Of a stretch of 64,000 nucleotides of DNA, positions 26,110-38,735 are shown in pieces. Source of the stretch: Octopus vulgaris (Eukaryota); assembly GCA_951406725.2 (NCBI GenBank), contig OX597820.1:14570001-14634000 (forward strand). Direction: 5' to 3'. A program made the translations under genes and the position numbers. Each line of letters opens with the position of its first letter. The first letter of the stretch is position 1. The notes beneath the pieces are model-generated. The model was not told the origin of the DNA, did no database searches, and worked only from the letters and a program-made list of their open reading frames with translations.

Positions 26110-26444
26110 CAGTAGTTCTCAACTGGGGCCCAATATGGCCCCTGAGGGTCCATATAAGATTTTTGGAGGTTCACGTAAGAAAATAGTATATTTGATATCT
26201 ACCATAGTATTTTAAGGGCCCTGAAAAATATGTTGTTTTATATGTATTGCATTGGTAGGTATTGCAAGAAACATCTAGGTTTCTTTCTCTAACATTTTAC
26301 ATATTTCAACCAACACAAAATAGGAATTTTGAAAAAAGTTCCTATAAAACTAATTTCTAAATATCAAATAATTAGGGGTGGGGTACACCAGAATAAAATA
26401 GGAATCAAAGGGGCCCATAGAAAAGAAATGGTTGAGAGCCCCTA
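26110..26444 (+). mobile_element. hAT-like MITE (CAGTRGTTCTCAAC termini); related copies near 8369, 15398-16150, 25973, 29577-30095
   Basis: cagtagttctcaactggggccc...ggggcccatag...ggttgagagcccct; shared internal gggtccatataagatttt. Confidence 0.6.
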
Positions 26445-26926
26445 TATTAGATGGTTATTTATTGCAAGAAACAGTTGGGTTTCATTCTCTAACATTTTAG
26501 ACACTTCAACAGGTTTCCAGCCCCTGCAACAGGTTCTCTCAGACAGTACTATCACTGATTCATTTGACTAAAATTCTTCAGGGTGGTGCCCCAGAATGGC
26601 CGCATTCTGACGGCTGAAACAATTAAAAGAGTAAAAGAAAAGTTAATGTGTGAATACTAAAAAAAAAAAAAAAAAAAAAAAAAGAGGGTATTTTGAAAGA
26701 AATATCTATAAAACCATTTTTTAACCCTTTCGTTACTATATTTTGAGATACTTCAAACCAGCCAGATCAGGCTTCTCTCACCTACCCTACATGGTTTTAC
26801 TTAGGTTTAAAAAAAACAAAAAAACACAAGTATAAGAATAAAATATAATTGTATGTGCACAAAGCAGATACATGCAATGAGTTAAAATGGCAAAACGAAG
26901 ATAAGAAAAACAATTGATGTTTTAAG

Positions 26927-27074
26927 TGCGAAACTACAGATTGACGTAAATCAGACGGTCATGGTGACATTGCAATGGAAGTTGTTCTTGTATTCAGTTT
27001 CTCAGAAATTATCTCTAAAATGCAATGGGTATTGTGAGCTTATTTTGAATTCCCATAGGTATAATTTAACATAA
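26927..27074 (+). CDS. Candidate alternative terminal exon: x-AKLQIDVNQTVMVTLQWKLFLYSVSQKLSLKCNGYCELILNSHRYNLT*
   Basis: Acceptor ttgatgttttaAG. Phase 2 is open 48 codons; the others stop within 7. Confidence 0.3.
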
Positions 27075-27567
27075 TTAGCCATGTGAATTTTATTTCTGTA
27101 ACATTTTGCCTTCCCTCTCACCTCCCTCTTTCCTTTCTTGCTCTTCATTGTTTGTGTGTGAATATGTATTAGTGAGAAATATCCATTCTGAAGTCGATGC
27201 TTTGTGCCAACGTAGTGGTTATGTGTTCAGGAGGTGTAAATATTTAACTGTAATCTTGCATAATTACACGCAAAACATATTGAATATTGATAATTACATA
27301 ATTAATTGTTAAAAACGGTTTCTTGGCTTTGTTTTTACCTATTTTTAAGTTTGTTGTGCTTCGTTGCATTCACACGCTGCATCTTAGCAGATGTATGTGT
27401 GTAAAAGCACAGGCAATGAATGGCTTTGTGCTTTTAGAAGATCATTTTCCAACCTTGTGGCCCTGGGTTCAATACTGCTGTTTGGCACCTTAGTCAAGTG
27501 TCTGCCTCTTCTATAGCCCTGAGCTGATCAATGTCCTCTGAGTGGATTTGGTACATAGTTGTGTTAA

Positions 27568-27800
27568 GGCGGCGAGCTGGCAGAAACATTAGCATGCCGG
27601 GCGAAATGCTTAGTGGTATTTCGTCTGCCGTTACGTTCTGAGTTCAAATTCCGCCGAGGTTGACTTTGCTTTTCATCCTTTCGGGGTCGACAAATTAAGT
27701 ACCAATTACACACTGGGGTCAATATTATCGACTTAATCCGTTTGTCTGTCCTTGTTTGTCCCCTCTGTGTTTAGCCCCTTGTAGGCAATAAAGAAATAAG
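27568..27800 (+). mobile_element. tRNA-derived SINE family B (other copies 15641-15870 minus, 17706-18375 about three, 24190-24392 minus, 35917-36146, 40507-40734 minus, 46628-46750)
   Basis: GGCGGCGAGCTGGCAGAA..TTAGC...GAGTTCAAATTCCGCCGAGGT.GACTTTGC.TTTCATCCTTTCGGGGTCGA, with A/B-box-like motifs. Confidence 0.85.
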
Positions 27801-27955
27801 AAATTGTGTGGAGGTTTCATTGTACATACACACACGTCCATGTTTTGTGTTTGCATCCCCTACCACCATCACTTGATAACTGGTATCTTTTACTAATACC
27901 CCAGGTCAAGTGATTCTTTGTGAGTGAATTTGGCTGATAGTAACTGTGGGGAATC

Positions 27956-28010
<55 letters not shown>

Positions 28011-28644
28011 ATGTGTGTTTGCCCTCCATCTCTGCAAACCGAATAGCGTTGGTTTGTTTCTGTCCCCATAACTTAGCAGTTCAGCAGAAGACATTGGGAG
28101 AATTACATGATGTGGAACAAAAAAAAAAAAAAAAAAAAATACTGGGGTGGATTTAAAGATAAAAGTTATGTCTTAAATTCAAAAATGTATGTCATACATT
28201 TTTTTGAAAACTGATTAGATTTTGAAGTAAAAAGGAAGAACAAGAAAAAGATTTTTACTTTTTAACTGTTTATTGTATATTTTGCTTTAAAATCCAAAGA
28301 AAATATCCCCATCAAATTTGGTTTTGCATCTTATCACTTCAAGAATCCTTGTTCTGTCTCCTGCATTTGAAGCCATTGCTAAATCTGTCTCTTTTGTCCT
28401 TCATGAGTCAATAAAATATAAGTGCCAGTTGAATACTGGGGTTGATTTAATCAACTGAACTCTCATCCCAAAATATTTGGGCCTTGTTCCAGGGTGGTGG
28501 ATTGACAGAATCTTTAGTGCATCTGACAAAATACTTTGTGGTTCCTCTTCTTTATATATCATTTTGGAATCCCTCCAAAATTAACTTGGCCTTTCATCAT
28601 TCTGGGGTTGATAAAATAAAGTATGTGTCAAGTACTGTTGTCAT

Positions 28645-28855
28645 TTTAACCCTTTTGTTACTGTATTTATTTTGAGATGCTCTGTGTTTCTTTCAAAGAA
28701 TTTAGTAAAATAACTTAGTTATCATTAAGTTAGTGTTAGGAACATAAATTGTGACTAAGGTTTGGTGGAAGATTTTAATTCAAAACTTGTGAAAACAAGA
28801 CATTTGTACTCAGAACCAGAGCTGGTTTCAGCCAGGTTGGTAACGAAAGGGTTAA
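28645..28855 (-). mobile_element. Same TTAA MITE, opposite orientation
   Basis: ttaacccttttgttactg...gttggtaacgaaagggttaa; reverse complement of the 1536-2257 units. Confidence 0.8.
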
Positions 28856-29747
28856 ATGGCTATTCCCTCTTCCTGTAAAATTTGTGGTTTACCACCTTAG
28901 TGTTTAGGGTGATAACCTATCATAATAGCTGTTAGAAACAATATTATGATTGATTCTCATCCTAAATACCTAACATTTCTTCCAGACTGTAATTAGGAAA
29001 TGCCTTGCTTAGTAAAATGTTTAATTAATATGCTTCAGGTTTTGTTATGCTGATTATTTCTAAAAAGAATGAAGTTCTATCCATGTTTGAGAAATTCTGT
29101 GCTGAGGAACTCTACACAATTTCATTCTTTTAAAATTCTCGGGTCATAACCCGCTGAGTTGACTTACTTTTTCATAGCTTTGAAGTCAATTTGAATCTAA
29201 AATCATTCCATTATTCAGTCACATCTCATATTTGGCCTTAATGGTGAGTCCAAGAAATTTTCCATTGGTTATTTTCTGATTCTTTGGGCAGTTCCTCATC
29301 CACCCACCACCTTTTCTTTTGTAACACTCAACATATTAAGTGGTCATGCATTCTCTCATAGCTTTGACATTTCAATGATGATGATTGTTTATTTTTAGAA
29401 TGACATTGCAGGGTAGGTGTGAGAGACTGGATCTGGTCAGTTTTGAATATAAAATAGGTAGAATATTTGGGCTGGATATGGCCAGTTTAAAGGCTAATTG
29501 GATAATTAAGAAGGATGTTCTTGTTCTTGTTATTTCGCCTTAATCAGTCTTGCTAAAGCACACTGTTGGTCTGAGGCAGTAGTTCTCAACCAGGGTCCAC
29601 AAAAACCTTAAGGGTCCTTATAAGATTTTGTTGTTTAAATTTTTGTGCAATAAATTGCTTACACTTTTATCATACACAAAATATTTTAAAAATTCCTTTC
29701 TTTAAACAATTCCTGATAATATTTAATTATGAAAATATAATGGAACT

Positions 29748-30015
29748 TTCTGGCTTCTGTGCCGGTGGCACGTAAACAGAATCACCCGATCGCGGTCGTT
29801 GCCAGCCTCACCTGGCACCTGTGCCGGTGGCACGTAAAAAGCACCCACTACACACATGGAGTGGTTGGCGTTAGGAAGGGCATCCAGCTGTAGAAACTCT
29901 GCCTGATCAGACTGGAGCCTGGTGCAGCCTTCTGGCTTCCCAGATCCCCGGTCGAACCGTCCAACCCATGCTAGCATGGAAAACGGACGTTAAATGATGA
30001 TGATGATGATGATGA
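29748..30015 (+). mobile_element. Retroposon family D with (GAT)n tail (many copies: 2340-2540, 7441-7606, 8530-8840, 13880-14035, 15880-16078, 20040-20325, 32820-33095, 34270-34440, 52914-53150 minus, 53180-53460)
   Basis: GAGTGGTTGGCGTTAGGAAGGGCATCCAGC...CCAACCCATGCTAGCATGGAAAACGGACGTTAAATGATGATG; variable 5' truncation. Confidence 0.85.
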
Positions 30016-30303
30016 TTGAATGGCTACAAGGGTCCATCTGAATAAAATAAGAATCAAAGGGGTCCCTTGTGAAGACATGTTTGAGAAACAATGATCTAGA
30101 TTCGTTCTACCCCTTTTGTTACCTTAATGATCATATCTTTTTGCCCTGCCAGCAGTCTAATCCACCCCAGTATGGAAGCTGGGTGGTTAAATGACACGGA
30201 TGATAACAGTGAGTGCAACTTTGATTCTGATGACTTATGTGTCCTTACATTATTGAAAATACAGTAGTGTGTGATACAAGAGAAATTTGGTTGTTATTTC
30301 TAG

Positions 30304-30400
30304 CACGATGGACAACCCCCGTACTTCCTCCCTCCCTCCGCCACACCCTTCGGTTGTGGTAGTGACGATCAGATTCGTGTATGTATGTGTGTGCGTGTGA
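30304..30400 (+). CDS. Candidate exon: phase 2 x-TMDNPRTSSLPPPHPSVVVVTIRF..., or phase 0 HDGQPPYFLPPSATPFGCGSDDQIR
   Basis: GC/CpG-rich island after ttgttatttctAG; donor-like gtatgt near 30379. Frame ambiguous. Confidence 0.35.
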
Positions 30401-30435
30401 CTGTGCACGTGCACTTATAAATTTCCACTGTACAG

Positions 30436-30517
30436 AAAGAACCTGGCAATAATTAAAAATGCTGTCGAGCACCTGCAGAACTTGTCTATCCTGTTTCATA
30501 GAATATCTACATTGTAA
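30436..30517 (+). CDS. Candidate alternative terminal exon: x-KNLAIIKNAVEHLQNLSILFHRISTL* (helical-looking, S-T-L end)
   Basis: Acceptor tttccactgtacAG. Phase 2 is open 26 codons; the others stop within 7. Confidence 0.4.
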
Positions 30518-30634
30518 AGTAATGTTTGCATTGAAGAGGTTTGCTTCTGAGGTCAACTTCTCATGTTTACTCTGCTGTGTTCTTTATTTTAAACTCTTTT
30601 TTTTTTATGGCTCTTAATCTGGGACTTTATTTTC

Positions 30635-30674
<40 letters not shown>

Positions 30675-30683
30675 CTTTAACAG

Positions 30684-31065
30684 ATGGTGCCATTATTTTC
30701 ATAGTTCTTACGTAGAGAAGCACATGTCATATTATACTTATTTTATAGCTCTAATATTCATACATACACTCATATACACAATAATATATGTGTGTGTGTG
30801 TGTGTGTATGTGCATACACATTCAAACTTATGTATGTGTACACACACACAAATTAGTATTAGCAGATATTTTATATAATATTAGTTGCCTTGGTAAAATC
30901 CTAAATTTAAAGCTACTCACAGATGGTGAGTACATTGCAACTTCAGACTTGTTACCAATGCTAGAACTTGCACTCTTTAAACTTTGGTTCCGACCACGCA
31001 CCACAATACGTCTAAAAAGCTACATCCCACAGATAAACTACCTGTTCATCACTAGAAAATGCTGA
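30684..31065 (+). CDS. Candidate alternative exon: x-WCHYFHSSYVEKHMSYYTYFIALIFIH...
   Basis: Good acceptor cctttctttaacAG. Phase 2 is longest and continues through a TG microsatellite. Confidence 0.25.
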
Positions 31066-31798
31066 CCATCTCAAAAGCAGAAATAGAATCTATATTAACC
31101 CCTTTCATTACTGCATTTCTGTTAAAATGCACTGCTTTTGTTTAATTTAATTTGGAAAATAATAAAGAATTTTGCCGGGTAAAACAAAACTTTGCTATTA
31201 TTAATCTGGAACATAAATTTACCTGAGCTTTTAATACAAGGTTTTCATTCAGATCACTTTAACCTTGTAGTATTTGAGATTTCAATGATGAAATTGTTTA
31301 TTTTTAGAACGACAGTTTAATTATGCTAGCAAAAGATGAGCTGGTATCATCTTTTGCCTTTTGGGGACCTCATTTAGTTAAGAAAAGTCAAGGACTAATT
31401 AAGAAACATGAAAAATGTTTAATTAAAAAAAAGGATGAAACTTGAACATAGTTGTATTTTTAACATAACATGTTTGAAAGAAAAGTTGCTCCCTAATTAG
31501 GCATATGTGCACACACACTTGCATGTGTGCATGCACGCACACTGTTATAAAACAATAAGGCAAACATAACATATTGCTACTGTATCTCTCATTTGGTATC
31601 AGTGTTAGATGTGACTGGACAATGTTTCTTTCACTGGTTTCAGTAATTAAACTCGGGCCATGCTGGGGCACAGCTTTCAAGGGCTTAGTCAGTCATATCA
31701 ACCATATGACTTTGTTTGATACTTATTTATCTAACATAGTTGGTGTATACCAAAAGCCATAACCAAGACAAAATGAACATTTAAAAAAATTTTTATTA

Positions 31799-32160
31799 GG
31801 CATTTGTGTGATAGGTAGCTTGCTTACCAACCACATGGTTCTGGGTTCAGTCCCATTGCAGGGAACCTTGGGCAAGTGTCTTCTACTATAGCCTTGGGCC
31901 GACCAAAGCCTTGTGAGTGGATTTGGTAGATGGAAACTGAAAGAAGCCCATTGTATATATATGTGTTTGTGTTTGTCCCTCCAACATCACTTGACAACCG
32001 ATGCTGGTGTGTTTATGTCCCCGTAACTTAGTGGTTCGGCAAAAGAGACTGATAGTATAAATACTAGGCTTATATACAATAAGTCCTGGGGTTGATTTGC
32101 TCGACTAAAGGTGGTGCTCCAGTATGGCTGCAGTCAAATGACTGAAACAAGTAAAAGAGA
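31799..32160 (+). mobile_element. CORE-type SINE family A
   Basis: Contains the ACCTTGGGCAAGT CORE motif; near full length. Confidence 0.85.
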
Positions 32161-32406
32161 TTTTGTGGTCCTTTACTGATACAAACACTCCAGTGTCCTT
32201 TTACACCTGTGTCTCTCAACCATATTCTACCTGTGGATTCCTTTGATTCGTAATTTACTCTGCTAGATCCCAATAAATATTCACTGTATATAACAAAAAG
32301 CTGAAACATTTTGAGCATTGTAGAAGAGTAACTAATTTATTGCACAAAATTTTAACAACAAAATGAACCCTGGTCAAGGACCACTGTTTTACACAATATT
32401 CATATA

Positions 32407-32684
32407 ACACAATTGCAGTGTGGAAGGTGTTTATAAGCCATTTAAAAATACACAAAAACTGTTAGATTCACGTCAGCATAGAATTTTGTCAGTGAACAGG
32501 ACGTGGTCTCAAAGCGACAAAGATATTTTGACAAATTAAATTTAAATGTAGAAGTGAATCTAGCAGTTTTTGTGTGCTTTTAAATGGCTTATAAATACCT
32601 TCCATGCTGTAATTGTTTTTGTTTCAGCTCCTGATCTCAGATCAAGTAACTTGCTATGCAAGTACATCTCCGTAAAATCATATA
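32407..32684. mobile_element. Foldback element bounded by the 16-bp direct repeat ACACAATATTCATATA
   Basis: Arms about 32408-32470 and 32553-32617; direct repeats at 32391-32406 and 32685-32700. Confidence 0.6.
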
Positions 32685-33609
32685 ACACAATATTCATATA
32701 GCCAGACACAGGAGTGGCTGTGTGGTAAGTAGCTTGCTTACCAACCACATGTTTCTGGGTTCTTGTGAGTGAATTTGGTAGACGGAAACTGAAAGAAGCC
32801 TGTCGTATATATATATTTATTGCCAGTGCTGCTGGACTGGCTCCTGTGCAGGTGGCACGTAAAAAAACACCATTTGAGTGTGGCCATTGCCAGTACCGCC
32901 TGACTGGCCCTTGTGCTGGTGGCACATAAAAGCATCCACTACACTCTCAGAGTGGTTGGCGTTAGGAAGGGCATCCAGTTGTAGAAACTCTGCTAGATCA
33001 AATTGGAGCCTTGTGTGGCCTTCTTGTTCGCCAGACCTCGGTCAAATCGTCCAACCCATGGAAAGTGGATGTTAAACGATGATGAGGATGATGATGTATG
33101 TATTTGAGTGCCTGTGTTTTTCTCCCTCCCCCCACCATTGCTTGACAACCGATGTTGGTGTGTTTACGTCTCTGTAAACGTAGCAGTTCAGCAAAGGAGA
33201 CCAATAGAATAAGTACTAGGCTTACAAAGAATAAGTCCTGCGGTCAGTTTGTTCGACCCAAGGCTACAATGTCAGACTACTCTTTCCCATGGTGTCTTAG
33301 GATCAAACTGAGAAACCGGTCATTGTGAAACGGATTTCTTAACCATCCTTGCTTGCCTCTTTTTTTAATTTTCTGCTGCTGCCTGTTTCTTTGGTGGAAT
33401 GTGATGAACAGGCACGGCTGACTGGATGCTGATGATGTGGCACCATTGACAGCCGGACGCTCAGCCTGTTTTGGTGACTGTAATTTTTGACACTGGAGGC
33501 AGACACGCCCACTGCATGGGTGTGTAGAAATAGACAGATACTGACAGATACTGCAATTTATTACTGGAACACGGTGGACATGAATACTCATACACATAAA
33601 AATATATAT

Positions 33610-34160
33610 ACTCATACGCATAAGCAGAGGGAGGGAAGGGGGAACATTACACATACATAGAAACATAACTGAATGCTCACCTGTAACCAGAGAGAGGGGG
33701 GAGGGAGGGAGTGAGAGACTTTACTGTTTATTAATTGAACATAATTGATGTGAAACTCATAAGCATAAAGAGAGATATGCTCACAGAGCCAGAGAGAGAG
33801 AGGGGGTGAGGCATTACATATACATGGAAACATAACCAGATGCTCACGTGTAATGAGAGAGAGAAAACAGATTTTACTATTTATTAATCGAACACGATTG
33901 ATATAAATTTCGTATGCATAAGGAGAGATATGCTCACAGAGGGAGAGAGAGAAACAGACATTACACATACATATAAGCATAACTAGATGTTCACACACAT
34001 AAACAGAGAGAGAGAGAGAGAGACAGAGTAGTGAGAGAGAGAGAGAGATTACAATATATTAATTGAACACGACTGACATAAACACTTTGTCCCTTCTCCT
34101 CATGCACGTAAAATGAAGTGGAGAGGCATTACAATTCCATGCAGACACAACCAGATGCTC

Positions 34161-34220
<60 letters not shown>
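33610..34220. repeat. Diverged tandem repeat with AG-run spacers
   Basis: Recurrent cattacaYatacat...cataacYagatgctcac and ttattaatYgaacaYRaYtga. Confidence 0.65.
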
Positions 34221-34222
<2 letters not shown>

Positions 34223-35386
34223 ATATACGAGAAATATTAAGACGTCTATTGTAAAGGCATTTTAATAAACACCCATTACACTCTTGGAGTGAGTGGTTGG
34301 CGTTAGGAAGGGCATTCAGCCATAGGAACCTTGCCGGATCAGACCAGAACCTGGTGCAGCTCCCACCCCACCCCTTGCTTACCCTGGTTTTCAGTCAAAC
34401 CATCCAACCCATGCCAGCATGAAAAGCAGATGTTAACTGATGATGATGGAGATGGGAAGGATGATGATGATGATGATGACGACGATCATGATAATGATGG
34501 TGATGATAACGATGATTATGATGACAGTGATGCTGATTATGATGATGATATCAGCGTCAAATCAGCAGTGCCACAACAGCAGTGCCGAAATGTCTCGTAC
34601 CGTTCTGTAGATCACAAAAGGTATTTCCCCCGTGTCTAATGTTAATACCTTGAGAAACAACAACACGTTAATTGGGTGACAAGAAGCAAACCCTATCTAA
34701 TTTTCAGCTCAACTTATTGGTAAATGCTAGTGAAGGTTTCCCATTATCTTGCATTTACCATCACACAAGAATTGATGTCTGTAGTTTTCTAAATTTGTTA
34801 ATGCACCTGCCTGGTTGTTGGATCAATTTCTCTAGCTATTTACAATCTAATTAACAACCAAACTTAATGAAACTCTACTTTGGTGATCTGGCTAATGACT
34901 ATAATCAGTTTTTGAAGTAGTATGCACATGCATACGCACTCATATGCAAATGGCTCTAATCAATTTTTTTTAAATATATTAATACACACATACACACACA
35001 TTCACAAACACACTCACATATTCACAAACACGCACATACATTCTCAAGCACACACACATTCCTAAACACACATACATTCTCGAACACACACACATTCACA
35101 AACACACTCACATACACATTCTCAAACACACACACATACACACATTCACAAACACACACACACACACATGCATTCTCAAACACACAAGCACACACACATG
35201 CACATATGCAAATGACTATTATCAGGTTTTTAAATATTTGTAAAAGCACTCATTCCTCTCTCTCTCTCTCTCTCTCTCTTTCTTTCTCACACATTCTCTT
35301 TTGTATGGTCATATGTGGCCCTATGTGTGTGAGAGAGAGAAAAAGGGCATATTGAGACTATGTCAACAAGAGTTTCCTTCCTACAC

Positions 35387-35421
<35 letters not shown>

Positions 35422-35685
35422 GCCTGTTGTCTTCCATTATCTTTCCAACCCCGCCCTCCACACATGAATAAATGCAGGTGTGGGGGTTATTTCTAAACCA
35501 TATTTACTGAGGCAGAATACCAGAAGTTTCAGAAAATAAACCATTAATTGTCATATCATTGATTTCAAAATGGAGGTTCACAGAAAGAAGAAGGAGGAGG
35601 AGGAGGGGGGGGGGCAGCTGGTTTATGAAACATTTTTTTGTGCACTTTTCACCTAAATGTTTGCCATTATGTCAAATATTCTGAG

Positions 35686-35809
35686 AGTTACCATGATGAC
35701 TGAAGAAGGAATTAATTGGGTTGATTATCTCACCTTAAGAAGTGTTAGTCCATATTCTGCTTCTGGTATTCTTCAGCTTCCTGGGTTTAGTATTGTATTA
35801 ATCCATTAG
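35686..35809 (+). CDS. Candidate alternative terminal exon: x-VTMMTEEGINWVDYLTLRSVSPYSASGILQLPGFSIVLIH*
   Basis: First AG after a T-rich stretch, but a weak GAG acceptor; 40 open codons. Confidence 0.2.
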
Positions 35810-36391
35810 TTACCATATTTCTCTTGGAACTACATTGGTTTTGTTTCAATTCTTTGCGTAAAAGAAAGAAAAAGAAAATGGTATAGGTGTGGCTGTGTGG
35901 TAAGAATTTGTTTCCTAGCGAGCTGGCAGAAACTTTAGTACGCTGGGCGAAATGCTTAGTGGTATTTCATCTGTCTTTACGTTTTGAGTTCAAATTCCGC
36001 CGAGGTCGACTTTGTCTTTCATCCTTTCCGGGTCGATAAATTAAGTACCAGTTACGCACTGGGGTCGATGTAAACGACTTAATCCCTTTGTCTGTCCTTG
36101 TTTGTCCCCTCTATGTTTAGCCCCTTATGGGCAATAAAGGAATAAAAATTTGTTTCCCAGCTAGCCAGTTCCAGGTTCAGTCCCACTGAACGGTACCTTG
36201 GGCAAATGTCTTCTACTGTATCCCCAGATTCATCAAACCCTTATTATTGGATCTGACAGATGGAAGCTGAGAGAAGCCTAGCATAGTTGTGTGGTAAGAA
36301 GTTTGATGTAATCGATTCCACCTCACCATAAAAATTGCTGGCCTTGTGCCAAAATTTTAAACCATTATTAAGTTAGTATTGAGAACATATA

Positions 36392-36554
36392 GGTGCAGAC
36401 GTGGCTGAGTGGTAAGAAGCTTGCTTCTTAACTACATGGTTCCGGGTTCAGTACCACTGCATGGCACTTTGGGCAAGTGTCTTCTACTATAGCCTCGGGT
36501 CAACCAAAGCCTTGTGATTGGATTAGGCAGACAAAAACTGAAAGAAGCCCATCA

Positions 36555-36587
<33 letters not shown>

Positions 36588-36906
36588 GTATGTATGTCTG
36601 GCGGCACATGGCCTAGTGGTTAGAGCAGTGGACTCACGGTCGAAGGATCGTGGGTTTGAATCTCAGACCGGGTGATGTATGTGTTTATGAGTAAAACACC
36701 TAAGCTCCACCTAAGCAGAAGGTAATGGTGAACTTCTGCTAACTCTTTCACCACGACATTCTCTCACTCTTTCCTCCTGCATCTTGCAGCTCACCTGCGA
36801 CGGACCGGCATCCTGTCCAGGTGGGGAACCTATACGCCAAGGAAACCGGGAAACCAGCCCTCATGAGCCAGGCGTGGCTTGAGAAGGAACAAACAACAAA
36901 AATATA

Positions 36907-36938
<32 letters not shown>

Positions 36939-37155
36939 TATACATTTGTGTGCTTGTGTTTCCCCCCCCACCCATCACTTGACAACTGATGTTGGTTTGT
37001 TTACATCCCTGTAACTTAGTGGTTTAGCAAAAGGGGCTGATAGAATAAGTACTAGGCTTACAAAGAATAAGCCCTGGGGTCAATTTGTCCAACTAAAGGC
37101 GATGCTCCAGCATGGCCACAGTCAAATGAGTGAAGCAAATTAAAGAATAAAAGAA
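36392..37155 (+). mobile_element. Family A SINE with a nested family C tRNA-derived SINE (36600-36900)
   Basis: Family A halves flank GGCGGCACATGGCCTAGTGGTTAGAGCAG...GAAGGAACAAACAACAAA, inserted in the internal microsatellite. Confidence 0.85.
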
Positions 37156-37509
37156 CGAACATGAAATTGTGATGGAAGGTTTTAATTTAGATCCCTCGAA
37201 CCACGACAACATTGATCATGGAACCAAAGAGTGGTCTCTGCTGGGTTGGCATCAAAAGTATTTAAATCATTTCTATGTCGTTTTCTGAGCTTTTGAGCAA
37301 GAAAGCTTAAAATGAAAATAAGTTAAAGGCGGTGCTCGTTTTAACCGAAATTAATATTAACCGATATTTTACTAAGTATTGAAATCCATTTTTCTGTATT
37401 TAACCGTATTCCAATTAGTGAAATTCTTTAGTTATTCTTCTGGTATTTTATTTATGCCTATGTGTTTGTGTGTAAGTGTGTGTGTGTATATATGTTATGT
37501 GTATATATG

Positions 37510-37548
<39 letters not shown>

Positions 37549-37836
37549 TGTATATATGTGTGTGTGTGTGTGTGTACACACGTATATCGTCATCATTTAA
37601 TATCTGTCCATGCTAAAAGTGATGATGTATATATATAAACACACATGCATACATATGAATGTATATATACATACACACGTGCATATAAATACGCACACAT
37701 GCATGTAAATATACAAGCATGCATATAAATACATACTCACACATGTAAATATATGTGTATGTATATACTCGAAGATGAGAGGTTACACACACACACACAC
37801 ACATGTATATATGTATATACCTGGAGATGAGAGATT

Positions 37837-37867
<31 letters not shown>

Positions 37868-38340
37868 TGTGTATGTATATACTTGAAGATGAGAGATTAT
37901 ACGCGCACACACATGTATACACGTGTATGTATTGTACCTGAAGATGAGAAATTATACACATGTATATATGAATATGTATATATCTGATGATGAGAGAGGT
38001 TATACTAGCAAAGACATAAATAACACATAAAATGAATAATAACCTCCAAAATTAAAATTATTAACCCGTCAGTCTGTTTGCATAACCAACTGAAGACCGT
38101 GTTTAGTTGAGCTTATCTTTCTCCAAGGTTAACACAGAGGGATGGACATTGGTTATATCGCCCGTTTTCTTATTTCGGAGAATTTATTTTCTGCATTATT
38201 GCAATAGCTCCCTTCAAGAGAGAGAGGGAGAGAGAGAGGGAGAGAGAGAGAGAGAGAGAGAGATGATTGATGTGGAACACGTACACTGCCAAAACTGAAT
38301 CCTGACAAATGAGAATATTGGTTTCTGATATAAACCAAAG

Positions 38341-38413
38341 ACTTTCGTATATAAAAGAGAAACAGCGAGAGAGTGTGAGGATCAGGACCAGCCTTAGTGT
38401 ATCGGCAATTTAA
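38341..38413 (+). CDS. Candidate alternative terminal exon: x-LSYIKEKQRESVRIRTSLSVSAI*
   Basis: Weak acceptor taaaccaaAG. Phase 2 is longest; ends S-A-I. Confidence 0.2.
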
Positions 38414-38649
38414 TTGGAGAGGAATTGGCTGCCATCGTCGTTGTCATCATCACTGTCGTCATCGCTGTCATTGTTTTTAATGTCCACTTTTCCATTCTTG
38501 CATAAGTCAAATAGAATTTGTTGAGGCAGGTTTTCTATGAGCCAGTTGCCATTCCTGCCACCAACTCTCACCTCTTTACAATTCGGGTAATATTTCCCTA
38601 ATGGTCAGACATGTTTTCTATGGAAGACTGGACTGGAAAGAAACACCTT

Positions 38650-38735
<86 letters not shown>

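Noticed and set aside
33395-33415. TGGAATGT miR-1 seed
   Set aside because: Lies in the loop of a very short stem, and the rest does not match miR-1.
34331-34639. Asp-rich ORF
   Set aside because: Retroposon tail plus expanded (GAT)n.
36600-36672. tRNA-like sequence GGCACATGGCCTAGTGGTTAGAGCAG...
   Set aside because: SINE head continuing into a repeated body; no intact acceptor stem.
37765-38005. Five GAAGATGAGAGATTACAC-like repeats with variable spacers, superficially CRISPR-like
   Set aside because: Spacers are CA/TA microsatellites, repeats are degenerate, context is eukaryotic and there are no cas genes; it is a compound minisatellite.
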